From positions 1-64,000 of IMG/VR virus record IMGVR_UViG_3300005613_000024: DNA of 64,000 bases. One strand, 5' to 3'. The stretch is from a virus. Shown one piece after another: positions 1 to 9,135 of the stretch. Within the stretch, counting starts at the first letter, position 1. Each line of letters starts with the position of its first letter. The notes beneath the pieces were generated by a model. The model was not told where the DNA came from. It was given only the letters and a program-made list of their open reading frames with translations, and ran no database searches. The translations under genes and the position numbers were made by a program.

Positions 1-408
1 ATTAGCGTGAGTATGGTCATCGTCAACTGCTGATTTTACTTCAGCCGCAGTAACTTCATTCGCTCCACCTTCGTCTAATTTCGTATCTGTATTTTGAGTA
101 TGTTTCTTAGAAACAGCATCATCTATATCCGCAGTTGAAGAGCTTGGTTTATTATTAATGTTTGACCAATCAACAGAAATTGCAGAGCCTATTTCTTTCC
201 AATCTGATAAACTTCCACTTGAAGCGGAAATACCCCAAGTATACATTTTATCAGTATCGGCAGTAATTCTTACATCATTTTCTGTATTTCCAGTTACAGG
301 TAGACTGTTATAAGTGTCAACCCCGTCTTTCAAATGAAAAGCTGAATCGGCTCTAATTAAAGTTAAATTTCCCGTAAACGGATTAACTATTGCTTTGTAT
401 GCCGCCAT
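1..408 (-). CDS. Partial ORF running off the left edge; probable virion/tail-associated protein
   Basis: Not in ORF track. ATG at 408, AGGAG RBS at 416-420, open to the edge: MAAYKAIVNPFTGNLTLIRADSAFHLKDGVDTYNSLPVTGNTENDVRIT...VDWSNINNKPSSS. Composition and the WSNINNKP motif resemble tail-fibre-type proteins. Confidence 0.65.
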   Translation of the reverse strand, partial: MAAYKAIVNPFTGNLTLIRADSAFHLKDGVDTYNSLPVTGNTENDVRITADTDKMYTWGISASSGSLSDWKEIGSAISVDWSNINNKPSSSTADIDDAVSKKHTQNTDTKLDEGGANEVTAAEVKSAVDDDHTHAN

Positions 409-438
409 TAGTAATCTCCTTACAATTTATAAAAAATC

Positions 439-1254
439 TTAGTTTTCTTTATATTTTTTTGAATCTAGTAAATATGGTTTACTGTCTACAAATTCGTCTA
501 TATCTTCTTGTTTAGCATCGTCTATTTCAATAATTTTATATTCGTTTTCTAAAACCCAATCTATATATTTAACACTAGTTCTTAAATATCTCGCCGCCTG
601 TTCTTTTGTGATTTTATTTTCTCGAACATCTTTCATTATTTCAATATTATATAAAAATCTTCCAGAAAAAGCGGGATGTTTTAAAATTTCAAAATTTTCT
701 TTATTACATCTTCTTCTTATTAAAACTGGAATCGCATCTTTTTTTCCACAATTTTTACAAATAAATGGACTCCAAAAAGTAAATTCATTGCGATGAAAGG
801 CTATATAAACTTTCATCTTTTTTTCCCATTCTTGTAAAGCAGTTAAATCGTCTTTTTCTTTTTTTCCAATTATACCTGCTTTTTCCTTTAATTCCCAAAT
901 ACGACTTTCTACATTGTGCAAACTTTGAATTAATTTATCTGGAACAAATTTCGTGTTTTCGTCTGCTGTGATTTTGCTGATTTCTTTTTGTATATTTTCT
1001 TTTAAAACTTCTTCATAAGTTAAATCAGCAACATTTTGTATATCTGTAAAAGTTTCAAATTCATAATTTTGCAAATAACTATCAAAAATCTGTTCAGCAA
1101 GTTTTATATCTTCTGAGGATTCAAAACGATTTTTAATCTTTATCTGTTTCTTCCAAACATTAACCTGAGCAATTTTTTCAATTGTAGATTTATCTTTTTT
1201 CTTATACTGCTTAAGTTTGCTTAACTTTTTGACTTCATTTTCTAAATCAGTCAT
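439..1254 (-). CDS. Hypothetical protein with CxxC and C-terminal HTH-like segment
   Basis: Likely start MTDLENE at 1254 (AAGGT upstream); CKNC motif; ITKEQAARYLRTSVKYIDW resembles an HTH. Confidence 0.55.
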   Translation of the reverse strand: MTDLENEVKKLSKLKQYKKKDKSTIEKIAQVNVWKKQIKIKNRFESSEDIKLAEQIFDSYLQNYEFETFTDIQNVADLTYEEVLKENIQKEISKITADENTKFVPDKLIQSLHNVESRIWELKEKAGIIGKKEKDDLTALQEWEKKMKVYIAFHRNEFTFWSPFICKNCGKKDAIPVLIRRRCNKENFEILKHPAFSGRFLYNIEIMKDVRENKITKEQAARYLRTSVKYIDWVLENEYKIIEIDDAKQEDIDEFVDSKPYLLDSKKYKEN

Positions 1255-1269
1255 TACCTTACCTTTTGT

Positions 1270-1298
1270 TAAATAAAAAAACCACACGAAAGTGTGGT
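1270..1298 (-). terminator. Rho-independent terminator
   Basis: Minus strand ACCACAC-TTTC-GTGTGGT, a perfect 7-bp stem followed by TTTTTTATTT. Confidence 0.75.
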
Positions 1299-1503
1299 AT
1301 ATACAGTCTTATCTTACATCTTTATTAGAGTAATTAAAATAAATTTTTAAATTTGAATATTGAGATTTAAACATTGGGATTAAAGGATTTACCTTTAATC
1401 ATAGAAATGAATAGACATTAACTCAAGACAAGCCTTTTCGTATAGTCTATTATGATGATTTGTGACCGAAGACCGTGCTTCGGTCTTGAAGTGACTGTAA
1501 ACA

Positions 1504-1977
1504 CTAAACTTTTTTATTTTTATTCGAGTGTTGACTCGAAACAGTTTTAAAATTTAATATGGTCTTTTTATTTTTTCTATTAATATTAGATTTTTTACTA
1601 TTTTCTGATAATTCAATAAACTGACAATTCTCGTAAGTATAATGTCCGTCATTATCTTTTCTATCAATCGACGGTCTCTTTAATAAATAGCCTTTATCTC
1701 GAAACCAAAGTTTCTTTACTTCTCCTTCAGTGATTAAAAATTTAATACCTCGTTCATCGTAATAAAGATAACTATTGTGTTTGATATTATTACATCTTTT
1801 TCTAGCATTACTAAAAGAATTATGCCAGGGCTTTATTTTTTTAAGTGTAGCTCTAAATTCTTTCGAATTCTGTCTTGAACATTCTCTGCACCACCAATTA
1901 AATCCATCTGCCTTTGAACTATCCTTATTAAATTGGTCTAACTCTTTGAAAATTTTACATTTTGAACATCTTTTCAT
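1504..1977 (-). CDS. HNH-family (homing-type) endonuclease with N-terminal Zn-finger
   Basis: CSKC...CREC, RCNN...YDERGI, PSIDRKDNDGHYTYENCQF; clear paralog of 47933-48559. Confidence 0.8.
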   Translation of the reverse strand: MKRCSKCKIFKELDQFNKDSSKADGFNWWCRECSRQNSKEFRATLKKIKPWHNSFSNARKRCNNIKHNSYLYYDERGIKFLITEGEVKKLWFRDKGYLLKRPSIDRKDNDGHYTYENCQFIELSENSKKSNINRKNKKTILNFKTVSSQHSNKNKKV

Positions 1978-2298
1978 TAAATTTTATATCTTTTTTAAAT
2001 TTTTAAAATATATTCATATTATCTTTTTTATAGAAACGTCTTTCTATATAACTTTGAACAATAATATTTAATTGAAAGCTTTTCCACTTTCTGTTCATCA
2101 TACCCTGCTTGCAATCAGTCAAAGATGGTCTTAATGAACTATTTTGGGATTCAATAACTCTTTTCGAGTCTTATCAAAGACGCTTGGCGACTTCTCAAAG
2201 AAGTCAAAAAGAGATTAATTTCTGTAACTTGTTGATATTAAAGAAAATGTAAAAAAATAACAAAAAGAAAGACACACTTTCTCCTAAAGCTCTTTCTA

Positions 2299-2332
2299 TA
2301 AGTATAACATATTTTTTGTTGTTTGTCAAGAG
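2299..2332 (-). promoter_or_regulatory. Sigma70-type promoter; exact 34-bp inverted copy of 18654-18687
   Basis: Minus strand CTCTTGACAAACAACAAAAAATATGTTATACTTA: TTGACA-N17-TATACT with extended -10 TG. Confidence 0.85.
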
Positions 2333-2604
2333 CAAGGCTCTAACATATTGATATATATACAGTTACAATAAAAACTCTTAAAAAAAATTCCCAAAAAATG
2401 TTGTAAGTCCTTTATTTGCAACAAAAATTCTGGGATTAATTATTTTTTATTCTTAAATTTTTTTAAAAAAATTATAAATCGCTGAAATCAATAAAAGAAA
2501 ACGCTTTTTGTCAACTTATAGTTAATTCTTATACCCTTTATGTAATAAAAAACGCTTTCTTTATCAAAAAATTTCAAGAAAACGCTCACTTATACCCTAT
2601 CGGG

Positions 2605-3231
2605 CTAAATCTCAATAATTGTAGCTTTATGAGTTAATGCATATTTTTCATCCAAAAGACTAGCATTGTAAAAAGTAGTATCTCCTATCTTTTTTGATGT
2701 TCCACCTTCATTATGAAGATGACCACCTATTTGAATTTTAATATCTCTTTTAAAAATCTCTCTCGCTAATACTTCACAGCCACAATGCTCGTTACAGTAA
2801 TTTGTATCTAAAATTCCATAAGGCATTGTATGTGTCGCTAAAATATCCAAAGACTTTGGTGTGTGTTTCCATATTTCTTTAGCTTCTAATGACCTTCTAG
2901 TATACATAAAAGACCAGTTATTAAATTCAGGAGAATAAGGAGAGCCATAAATTCTCAATCCCTCTATTTCAATCAAATCTTCTTGTAAGTAGAAAGCATT
3001 AGTAAATAAAGATTTCGCCATGTCTTTTCCAATTTTCTCAATATAAGTATCATGATTACCAGCGACGAAAATCTTCCAATCATAATTTTGCTTACCAAAC
3101 CATCTATTAGCATATTCTAATTCATTCAAACTTGTTATATGAAAATCTCCACAATGAATTAAAATATCTCCCTTTGGCAAAATTAATTCATGTTCAGAAC
3201 CATGAGTATCGCTAATTGCAATAATTTTCAT
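2605..3231 (-). CDS. Calcineurin-like metallophosphoesterase
   Basis: ISDTHG, HCGDF, AGNHD, THTMP and GHLH motifs. Confidence 0.9.
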   Translation of the reverse strand: MKIIAISDTHGSEHELILPKGDILIHCGDFHITSLNELEYANRWFGKQNYDWKIFVAGNHDTYIEKIGKDMAKSLFTNAFYLQEDLIEIEGLRIYGSPYSPEFNNWSFMYTRRSLEAKEIWKHTPKSLDILATHTMPYGILDTNYCNEHCGCEVLAREIFKRDIKIQIGGHLHNEGGTSKKIGDTTFYNASLLDEKYALTHKATIIEI

Positions 3232-3559
3232 TATTCATCCTTGTTGTCTTCGCCCACAAGATTATATCCGCAAACAGGGCAAGTATCCAAATCTCCTCTT
3301 TTCCCTATAAATGAATCACATCTTGGGCAAATTATATCATCATTTTGATTTGACATTTTAACTCCTTAATTGTAAAATCCTATTGAAAATTCAAAATTTA
3401 AAAATGTAACTATAATTTCTGTACTTATTTTATCATTATGCCATAATAATGATAACACTTCCAAATAATTATTTTTCTCTTTCCATAAACTAATAATTGA
3501 CCCATAAAAACGTTTCATACATTTCTCCTTTTTAACTATTAACGATATTCTGTTTTTTA

Positions 3560-4462
3560 TTAGAAATTATTCTTTGCTAAATACTCTTTATACCACTCTG
3601 CCAATCCTTTTGTTGACTGTCGTAATAATTCTCTACTAAATTCTTTCCACAAAAATTCACAAATTTCTTCTTTACATTCTTCAGTTATATCCAAATTAAC
3701 ACGCTTCATTAATTTTCCAATATCTTTAGGAGATTCTTCAAGTTCTCCATTATCTCTTAAATAAAATAATGATTTTAACCATCTTGCTTCTGTTTGATAT
3801 TTTTCTTTAAAAGTTTCCCATCTTCCTTTTACTGTTTTTTCTCTTTTCCAATTTTTATCATGAACTTCTTTAAATTCTTCAGAAACATATTTAGCACACA
3901 TTATTGGAATTATATGACCACCAAGCATTAAATCTTTATGATAATTTTTAATAACTATTCCTTCAATTTTTGATTTACCTAAAAAACTCGTAGTTTGCAA
4001 CATTTTTTTTAATTCTTCAAAATTTTCAATTTTTCCTTTAAATAAAACAGGCACACTTTCAATATCAATCATATCGGCATAAGAGGATAACATTTGTGAT
4101 TTTGATAAAAATCTATCTTCTTTAAAAAAATAAACACCAAAAAGAACGAAGTGATTTTTTGGAATTCTTCCATAAGATAACACATTATGATTTGACTTTT
4201 TCAAATATTCCATATAAAACTGAGTATCATTAGGAATTTTGTCTTTAACTGATAGCAAATAATCAATTCCTTCTTTAAACAATTTATCGGGACAGTCTTG
4301 TTGTTGAATTCTTCCCCTGCTTCTAAAAATTAGTTCATTGTCAATTTTTGCTACCGAAAATTGACTCCCATCAATTTTTTCAGTAACTTCAACCTCATCT
4401 TCAAATATATCTTGAACATATCTTTGACCAACAGCAAATATTTTTGGAAATGCTTTTATCAT
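3560..4462 (-). CDS. Rnl2-like ATP-dependent RNA ligase
   Basis: Motif I TEKIDGSQF, FRSR, EGIVIKNY (motif IV), AKYVSEEFKE (motif V). Confidence 0.8.
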   Translation of the reverse strand: MIKAFPKIFAVGQRYVQDIFEDEVEVTEKIDGSQFSVAKIDNELIFRSRGRIQQQDCPDKLFKEGIDYLLSVKDKIPNDTQFYMEYLKKSNHNVLSYGRIPKNHFVLFGVYFFKEDRFLSKSQMLSSYADMIDIESVPVLFKGKIENFEELKKMLQTTSFLGKSKIEGIVIKNYHKDLMLGGHIIPIMCAKYVSEEFKEVHDKNWKREKTVKGRWETFKEKYQTEARWLKSLFYLRDNGELEESPKDIGKLMKRVNLDITEECKEEICEFLWKEFSRELLRQSTKGLAEWYKEYLAKNNF

Positions 4463-4618
4463 TTTATTTTCTCCTCAAACTTTGTATATCTTCCTTGAAT
4501 TTTGAAACAGTCTTTGCATTTACTTTTAAAATTTAAACACTTCTCTCCTTTAAAGCACTTACATTCGTTTTTAACTTTCCCTGTAAAGATTGTAAAAGAT
4601 TTATTTAAATATTTCATT

Positions 4619-5017
4619 TTATCTATTATCGCCAGAGCCTTTAATCTTTCCTCTTTGGTGTCTATCAGCTAATTTTAAAATGATACCTCTTTGTGTATGT
4701 AATCTTGGAAAATAATATCCTTTTGTTTTATCTCCTTCATGAGTAACTTCCATCACTAAATCAGCTACTTCATATCCAAATTTATTTTTAATTTCGTCAT
4801 AGGTAGTATTTGTATCTTCAATTAAATCATGTAAAAAAGCCGATTGTATTAATATTGCGTCTTCTGAACATATAGTATCTATTATTCTTGCAACTTGACA
4901 AACATGAGCAGTAAAATAAGGAAACCCATTATCATCTTTTTGATTTCTATGTTTCTTTTCAGCAAACATATATGCTTTTTTAACAATAGCTTCATTTTTT
5001 GCAAATAAATCTTTCAT
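4619..5017 (-). CDS. HD-domain (RelA/SpoT-hydrolase/Mesh1-like) protein, apparently C-terminally truncated
   Basis: FAEKKH..Q, PYFTAH, AFLHDLIEDT, VMEVT and LKLADR motifs, then an abrupt unrelated tail. Confidence 0.75.
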   Translation of the reverse strand: MKDLFAKNEAIVKKAYMFAEKKHRNQKDDNGFPYFTAHVCQVARIIDTICSEDAILIQSAFLHDLIEDTNTTYDEIKNKFGYEVADLVMEVTHEGDKTKGYYFPRLHTQRGIILKLADRHQRGKIKGSGDNR

Positions 5018-5283
5018 TCGTTTTTTCTTCCTTTAGCAATTTTGTATGAAGATTTACCTTCTTTATCTACATCAATTGACAAAACATTTTTGTTTTTTGA
5101 AGCGTGTTCTTTTAAAAGTTCATCCTTAGTTAATTCTGTCGCTCCAATAGGTTTCTGTCCTTTTTCTTTCATAACTTCTAAAAATTCTTCATCCATTGAA
5201 TCGCCAGGTTTCTTACCATTAGCTTTAGCTCTTCTGATTACTTCTTGATAATCTTCGATTGTTATATTATAAAGATAATTCAT
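5014..5283 (-). CDS. Hypothetical protein
   Basis: ORF directly downstream of a consensus promoter, with AAGGA RBS. Confidence 0.6.
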   Translation of the reverse strand: MNYLYNITIEDYQEVIRRAKANGKKPGDSMDEEFLEVMKEKGQKPIGATELTKDELLKEHASKNKNVLSIDVDKEGKSSYKIAKGRKNE

Positions 5284-5302
5284 TTATTTTATCCTTTTTA
5301 GT

Positions 5303-5331
5303 AGTATAACATATTATTTTTCATTTGTCAA
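5303..5331 (-). promoter_or_regulatory. Sigma70-type promoter
   Basis: TTGACA-AATGAAAAATAATATGT-TATACT. Confidence 0.8.
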
Positions 5332-5718
5332 ATATTTTTGTTCAAAATCCCACATTATATCTTCTACACTAATTGAATTATATTTATCAAAACTTTCTCT
5401 ACCATTGCCATCAAAGTTAGTTAAAATATAAAACATATCTCTGTGACAGTCTAACTTATTCTTTGCGTAGCGTTCTCTTCTTCTATGTGCATTATACCAA
5501 ATAGGTTCTCTAAAATAAGATTCTATCTTTTTCTCTTCCCATTCCACATCAAGCAAATAATCTAATTTCTTTTTATTTTTCAAATATTTCTTATATAGTT
5601 TATCTAATCTATTTTTAGCTTTTATAATTTCTTCAGAAGTATGATTTGCTCCATTATGTCTACGACAAAGAGATTCTGCTAAACCTTTTGGTAATTTCAT
5701 CGTAAGTTTTTTATTCAT
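5314..5718 (-). CDS. Hypothetical protein
   Basis: ORF with AGGAG RBS. Confidence 0.55.
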   Translation of the reverse strand: MNKKLTMKLPKGLAESLCRRHNGANHTSEEIIKAKNRLDKLYKKYLKNKKKLDYLLDVEWEEKKIESYFREPIWYNAHRRRERYAKNKLDCHRDMFYILTNFDGNGRESFDKYNSISVEDIMWDFEQKYLTNEK

Positions 5719-5815
5719 TTTATACTCCTGATATAATACATTATGTATAATAAAACATCATAACTGATGAGTTATAGACAAATAATGCATATAAAGTATC
5801 AAAAGTGATGTGTTA

Positions 5816-6487
5816 TTATAAATTTTTTAAATAAACCCTATTTCCTTCTTTTTTTCTTTCTAAATATAACTCTTTAATAACATTAGTATTTATTAAATTA
5901 GCTAAACAGCTACTAGCACTTCTATGATGAGCGTAGTGATGCTTTATATTTTTAATAGCTTCTTTTAATAAGCACCCATTATTTTTTTCAACATAAGCTA
6001 TTAATCTTTCCACTGTAAATTTAAAAGGAGTTAGTCTATTTCCTGAATTATTCCCTGCTTTAGCAAATGTTTTGTGTCGCTCTGTCAAAGCATTGATTAA
6101 ATGTTTATGTCTTAATTCTTGTTCTGTCGCTTCTAAATATTCATCTATCTTATATTCGTTATACCAATTCTCAGAAACTCTTAAAATACCAATATTTAAT
6201 AATCTACAAATCTTTCTGCGAAACGAAGTAAATTTTGAATAAGGAATCGCAATAGATACATAATTCGCAAAATCTCTCCACTCATCTGCCTGGTGCATCA
6301 CTTTGAATCCAAAATTTAATTTACATTCAATTATCCAATATTTTCCATTTTTCTCTGCAACAATATCAGCTATGCTTCCTGAATTAAAACATTGAACTTC
6401 TTGATAAACAGTCCACTCATTCTTTTTTAGCCAATTAACTATCACTTCTGCAAATTCTTCTTCTGAATTAAATTTTAAGCTTTTCAT
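5816..6487 (-). CDS. PD-(D/E)XK nuclease-fold protein with C-terminal winged-helix-like region
   Basis: VYQEV...ADIVAE...WIIECKL pattern. Confidence 0.65.
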   Translation of the reverse strand: MKSLKFNSEEEFAEVIVNWLKKNEWTVYQEVQCFNSGSIADIVAEKNGKYWIIECKLNFGFKVMHQADEWRDFANYVSIAIPYSKFTSFRRKICRLLNIGILRVSENWYNEYKIDEYLEATEQELRHKHLINALTERHKTFAKAGNNSGNRLTPFKFTVERLIAYVEKNNGCLLKEAIKNIKHHYAHHRSASSCLANLINTNVIKELYLERKKEGNRVYLKNL

Positions 6488-6759
6488 AACAATTTTCGCT
6501 CTTCTATAAAAATAATGTTACGTATCTTGCGAATATTATCTTGTATTTCAAATAATTCATCAGTGTATTGTTTATCTAACTCCATTCTTTTTTCTGTTGA
6601 AATAGATAAATATTCTTTTATATCTTTTCTCATCTTTAAGTAATCTTTAGTCTTTAACATATTGAATTTCCATAACTTATCTATTTTATCTCTAATAGAT
6701 TTTTCTTCATTCGACATGAATATAATGGTCTGATTTAGCCAATATGTTAGATTTTTCAT
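6484..6759 (-). CDS. Hypothetical protein (helical)
   Basis: ORF coupled to the next gene by overlapping stop/start; ATG lies ~7 nt after a -10 box. Confidence 0.5.
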   Translation of the reverse strand: MKNLTYWLNQTIIFMSNEEKSIRDKIDKLWKFNMLKTKDYLKMRKDIKEYLSISTEKRMELDKQYTDELFEIQDNIRKIRNIIFIEERKLL

Positions 6760-6765
6760 ATATTA

Positions 6766-6794
6766 AGTATAACACATCAATATCTATTTGTCAA
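6766..6794 (-). promoter_or_regulatory. Sigma70-type promoter
   Basis: TTGACA-AATAGATATTGATGTGT-TATACT. Confidence 0.8.
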
Positions 6795-7228
6795 GAGTTT
6801 AAATACAGTTTTTTATATAATATTTCTGCAATTTTATCTGCATTTTTTTCTAATTTTTTATTCTGATGATTTCCTTGAAATTCTAAATAATTTTCACTTG
6901 TTGCATATCTATTAAACCATTCGTTATGATGAAAATATTGAAAATAATGAGCCATTTCGTGAAAAATTGCCAGTATTATATGTTCTTTAGAATTTAGTTT
7001 ATTTAATTCTATATCGTACCCTCTAAAAACAACAACATCTATTTTTATTTGACAAAGATTCATACATAATAATTCATTTCTGCTTAAATCAAATTCAACT
7101 CCCATTTCTATTGGCAGATTATCAAAATGTGCAATATATATTTGAATTTTTGGCAATTTTAAATATCTTCTTGCTTTATTTGCCCAATACAATGTTTCTT
7201 TTTTATTTAAATGATATTTCTTTTTCAT
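6791..7228 (-). CDS. HEXXH zinc metallopeptidase-like protein
   Basis: IFHEMAH and downstream LEKNAD (E-x-x-A-D). Confidence 0.6.
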   Translation of the reverse strand: MKKKYHLNKKETLYWANKARRYLKLPKIQIYIAHFDNLPIEMGVEFDLSRNELLCMNLCQIKIDVVVFRGYDIELNKLNSKEHIILAIFHEMAHYFQYFHHNEWFNRYATSENYLEFQGNHQNKKLEKNADKIAEILYKKLYLNS

Positions 7229-7234
7229 GTAATA

Positions 7235-7263
7235 ATTATAACATATTTTCTTTTAATTGTCAA
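7235..7263 (-). promoter_or_regulatory. Sigma70-type promoter starting the leftward arm
   Basis: TTGACA-ATTAAAAGAAAATATGT-TATAAT. Confidence 0.8.
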
Positions 7264-8125
7264 GGGTATGAATAAAAAATAACGAATATTAATTTTAACT
7301 CTTTTATTCTCAAATAGTTACACGATATATTTTTTATGTATTTTATTAAATTTGTATATATTTGCTCTATTTCGCTCCCGTTACCCTATTTTTTAAGGGT
7401 ATTTTACTTAATTTGCTCTTTTTTAATATGCTTATTTTATCTCTTTAATTACTAAATTAATGCCCATTAATATTTAATTAATTCACTATATACAGTAATA
7501 AATAAAGAAATAATAAAAAAAATTTAAGTTGTTGCGTCGCAACAAGTTATAAATAATTAATTATAATGTACAAGAATTAATTAATTGTTTAGAGTGGGAA
7601 AGATAGGGTGCTATAGGTCGCTATAAAATTTCAAAATTTGCGAAATAAGACCCTACCCCGTTATTATATAGAGAAGAATCAAAAGAACCGCTTGTAATTG
7701 TCGTAAGTCATTGGTATCAAACAAAGTTTGGGGTGTTATAACTACTGTATTATAATACCCGATTCTCTTCGAAAATCGAAAAAATTATTACGATTTCCAC
7801 AAAATTATTTTCTATTTTAATCAAAAATAACTCTATTATCGCATTATTTAATTAATTTAATCATTTTATTCTAACACCTTGCAACGCAAGGCTTTACATT
7901 AAATTTAATTAATTTCGCTTATTTATCTATTATTTATACGTTATTACGGCATTATTTAAATAGATACATTATTATAGTAAATACAAGCATAAAAATAGAT
8001 AATTCATAAGTTATTTAATCGCAATAAGATAAAATTAAATAAATTATTTTTACATTTATTTTTATTTATCCATAACTGATTGAAGTATAAGGACTTATGA
8101 TACTAAATTATTTTCGTTGTTACCC
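7264..8125. other. Large non-coding divergence region (candidate origin, terminus or packaging region)
   Basis: No ORF of 60 aa or more; the coding strand switches here; six dyad motifs and hairpins, e.g. GGGTGTTATAA-N8-TTATAATACCC at 7731-7760. Confidence 0.55.
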
Positions 8126-8153
8126 TTGACACGCTTTTATAGTGTGTCATACT
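8126..8153 (+). promoter_or_regulatory. Promoter starting the rightward (early) arm
   Basis: TTGACA-N16-CATACT; an inverted repeat TGACAC...GTGTCA overlaps it. Confidence 0.65.
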
Positions 8154-8157
8154 TATA

Positions 8158-8355
8158 GTGACAGATAAAGAAACAAACGAAAAGAGGGCAGAAATTATGA
8201 GAAACTTAATAATAAATAAAAAGATAACAAACGCAATAAATACGCTGAAATGTTTTGATAAAGAAAATCAGATGTACTGGATAGATACGCTTGATTTATG
8301 TAATAGTGAGAAGGGTTTTATAGTAATGTATTTGGGGCATTGTACTGTATTATAA
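8158..8355 (+). CDS. Small hypothetical early protein
   Basis: First ORF after the promoter; its 3' end is duplicated at 8817-8869. Confidence 0.55.
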   Translation: MTDKETNEKRAEIMRNLIINKKITNAINTLKCFDKENQMYWIDTLDLCNSEKGFIVMYLGHCTVL

Positions 8356-8383
8356 ATAAAGGCAGGTATGGAGGATTAAAGCT

Positions 8384-8698
8384 ATGAAATTAACATCAAT
8401 TAATAGATTTTCTAAATGCTTTGGTAACAATAAAATTAAACTATTTGATAAAATAACATTGAAACCTATTATAATAACTAATAATTTTCAACCTATTAAT
8501 GAAAATGACGTTATTATAGAAAAAATGCCATATAATCGTTTTACATATGAAAGCATTAAAAAAATATATGACGTGGAAGTTTATCAAAATGGCACTATAA
8601 AATATTATATTAATATGAAGGAAAGCGAAAAAACAAAATATCATACAGAAATAGAAAATTTTTTTAATGATGATATTCAAAAAACTATTAATAATTAA
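8384..8698 (+). CDS. Hypothetical early protein
   Basis: GGAGG RBS. Confidence 0.6.
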   Translation: MKLTSINRFSKCFGNNKIKLFDKITLKPIIITNNFQPINENDVIIEKMPYNRFTYESIKKIYDVEVYQNGTIKYYINMKESEKTKYHTEIENFFNDDIQKTINN

Positions 8699-8715
8699 TA
8701 TAAGGAATATAAACT

Positions 8716-8829
8716 ATGTATAATTATACTGAAATATTATTACTGGCTGAATTAATGGTTTATATCGCATTTACTATATTAATAGTGATTGCAGGATATG
8801 TTTTAATACATAGAATGAGGGCTTTATAG
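8716..8829 (+). CDS. 37-aa single-TM peptide
   Basis: MYNYTEILLLAELMVYIAFTILIVIAGYVLIHRMRAL with AAGGA RBS; below the ORF-track cutoff. Confidence 0.5.
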   Translation: MYNYTEILLLAELMVYIAFTILIVIAGYVLIHRMRAL

Positions 8830-9135
8830 TAATGTATTTAGGACATTGTACAGTATTATAAATAAGGGAATAAAAACAAGTTAGATAACGTGGAATCTTT
8901 CTTGCCTTCCCTTTACAAAAAGGACGATTATGTTATCAAAACAATTTAAAACAAAAGAAGGAAAGCAAGAAGCTGATAAAATAATAAATATTAATATAAC
9001 AAGGGGAGAGTTTAAAATGAATGAAAATCAATTAGAAGAATTATATCCAGATTCATACGATATAAAAGAAAATCAAGAATTTATAAATACTGTTATTGAG
9101 ATAGACTAATATTTCAAATATGGAGGGCGTAAATT

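Noticed and set aside
1300-2220. Group I intron around the HNH gene
   Set aside because: AGACTATACG resembles the P7 5' strand, but no matching downstream TAGTC element was found and no interrupted exon pair is evident.
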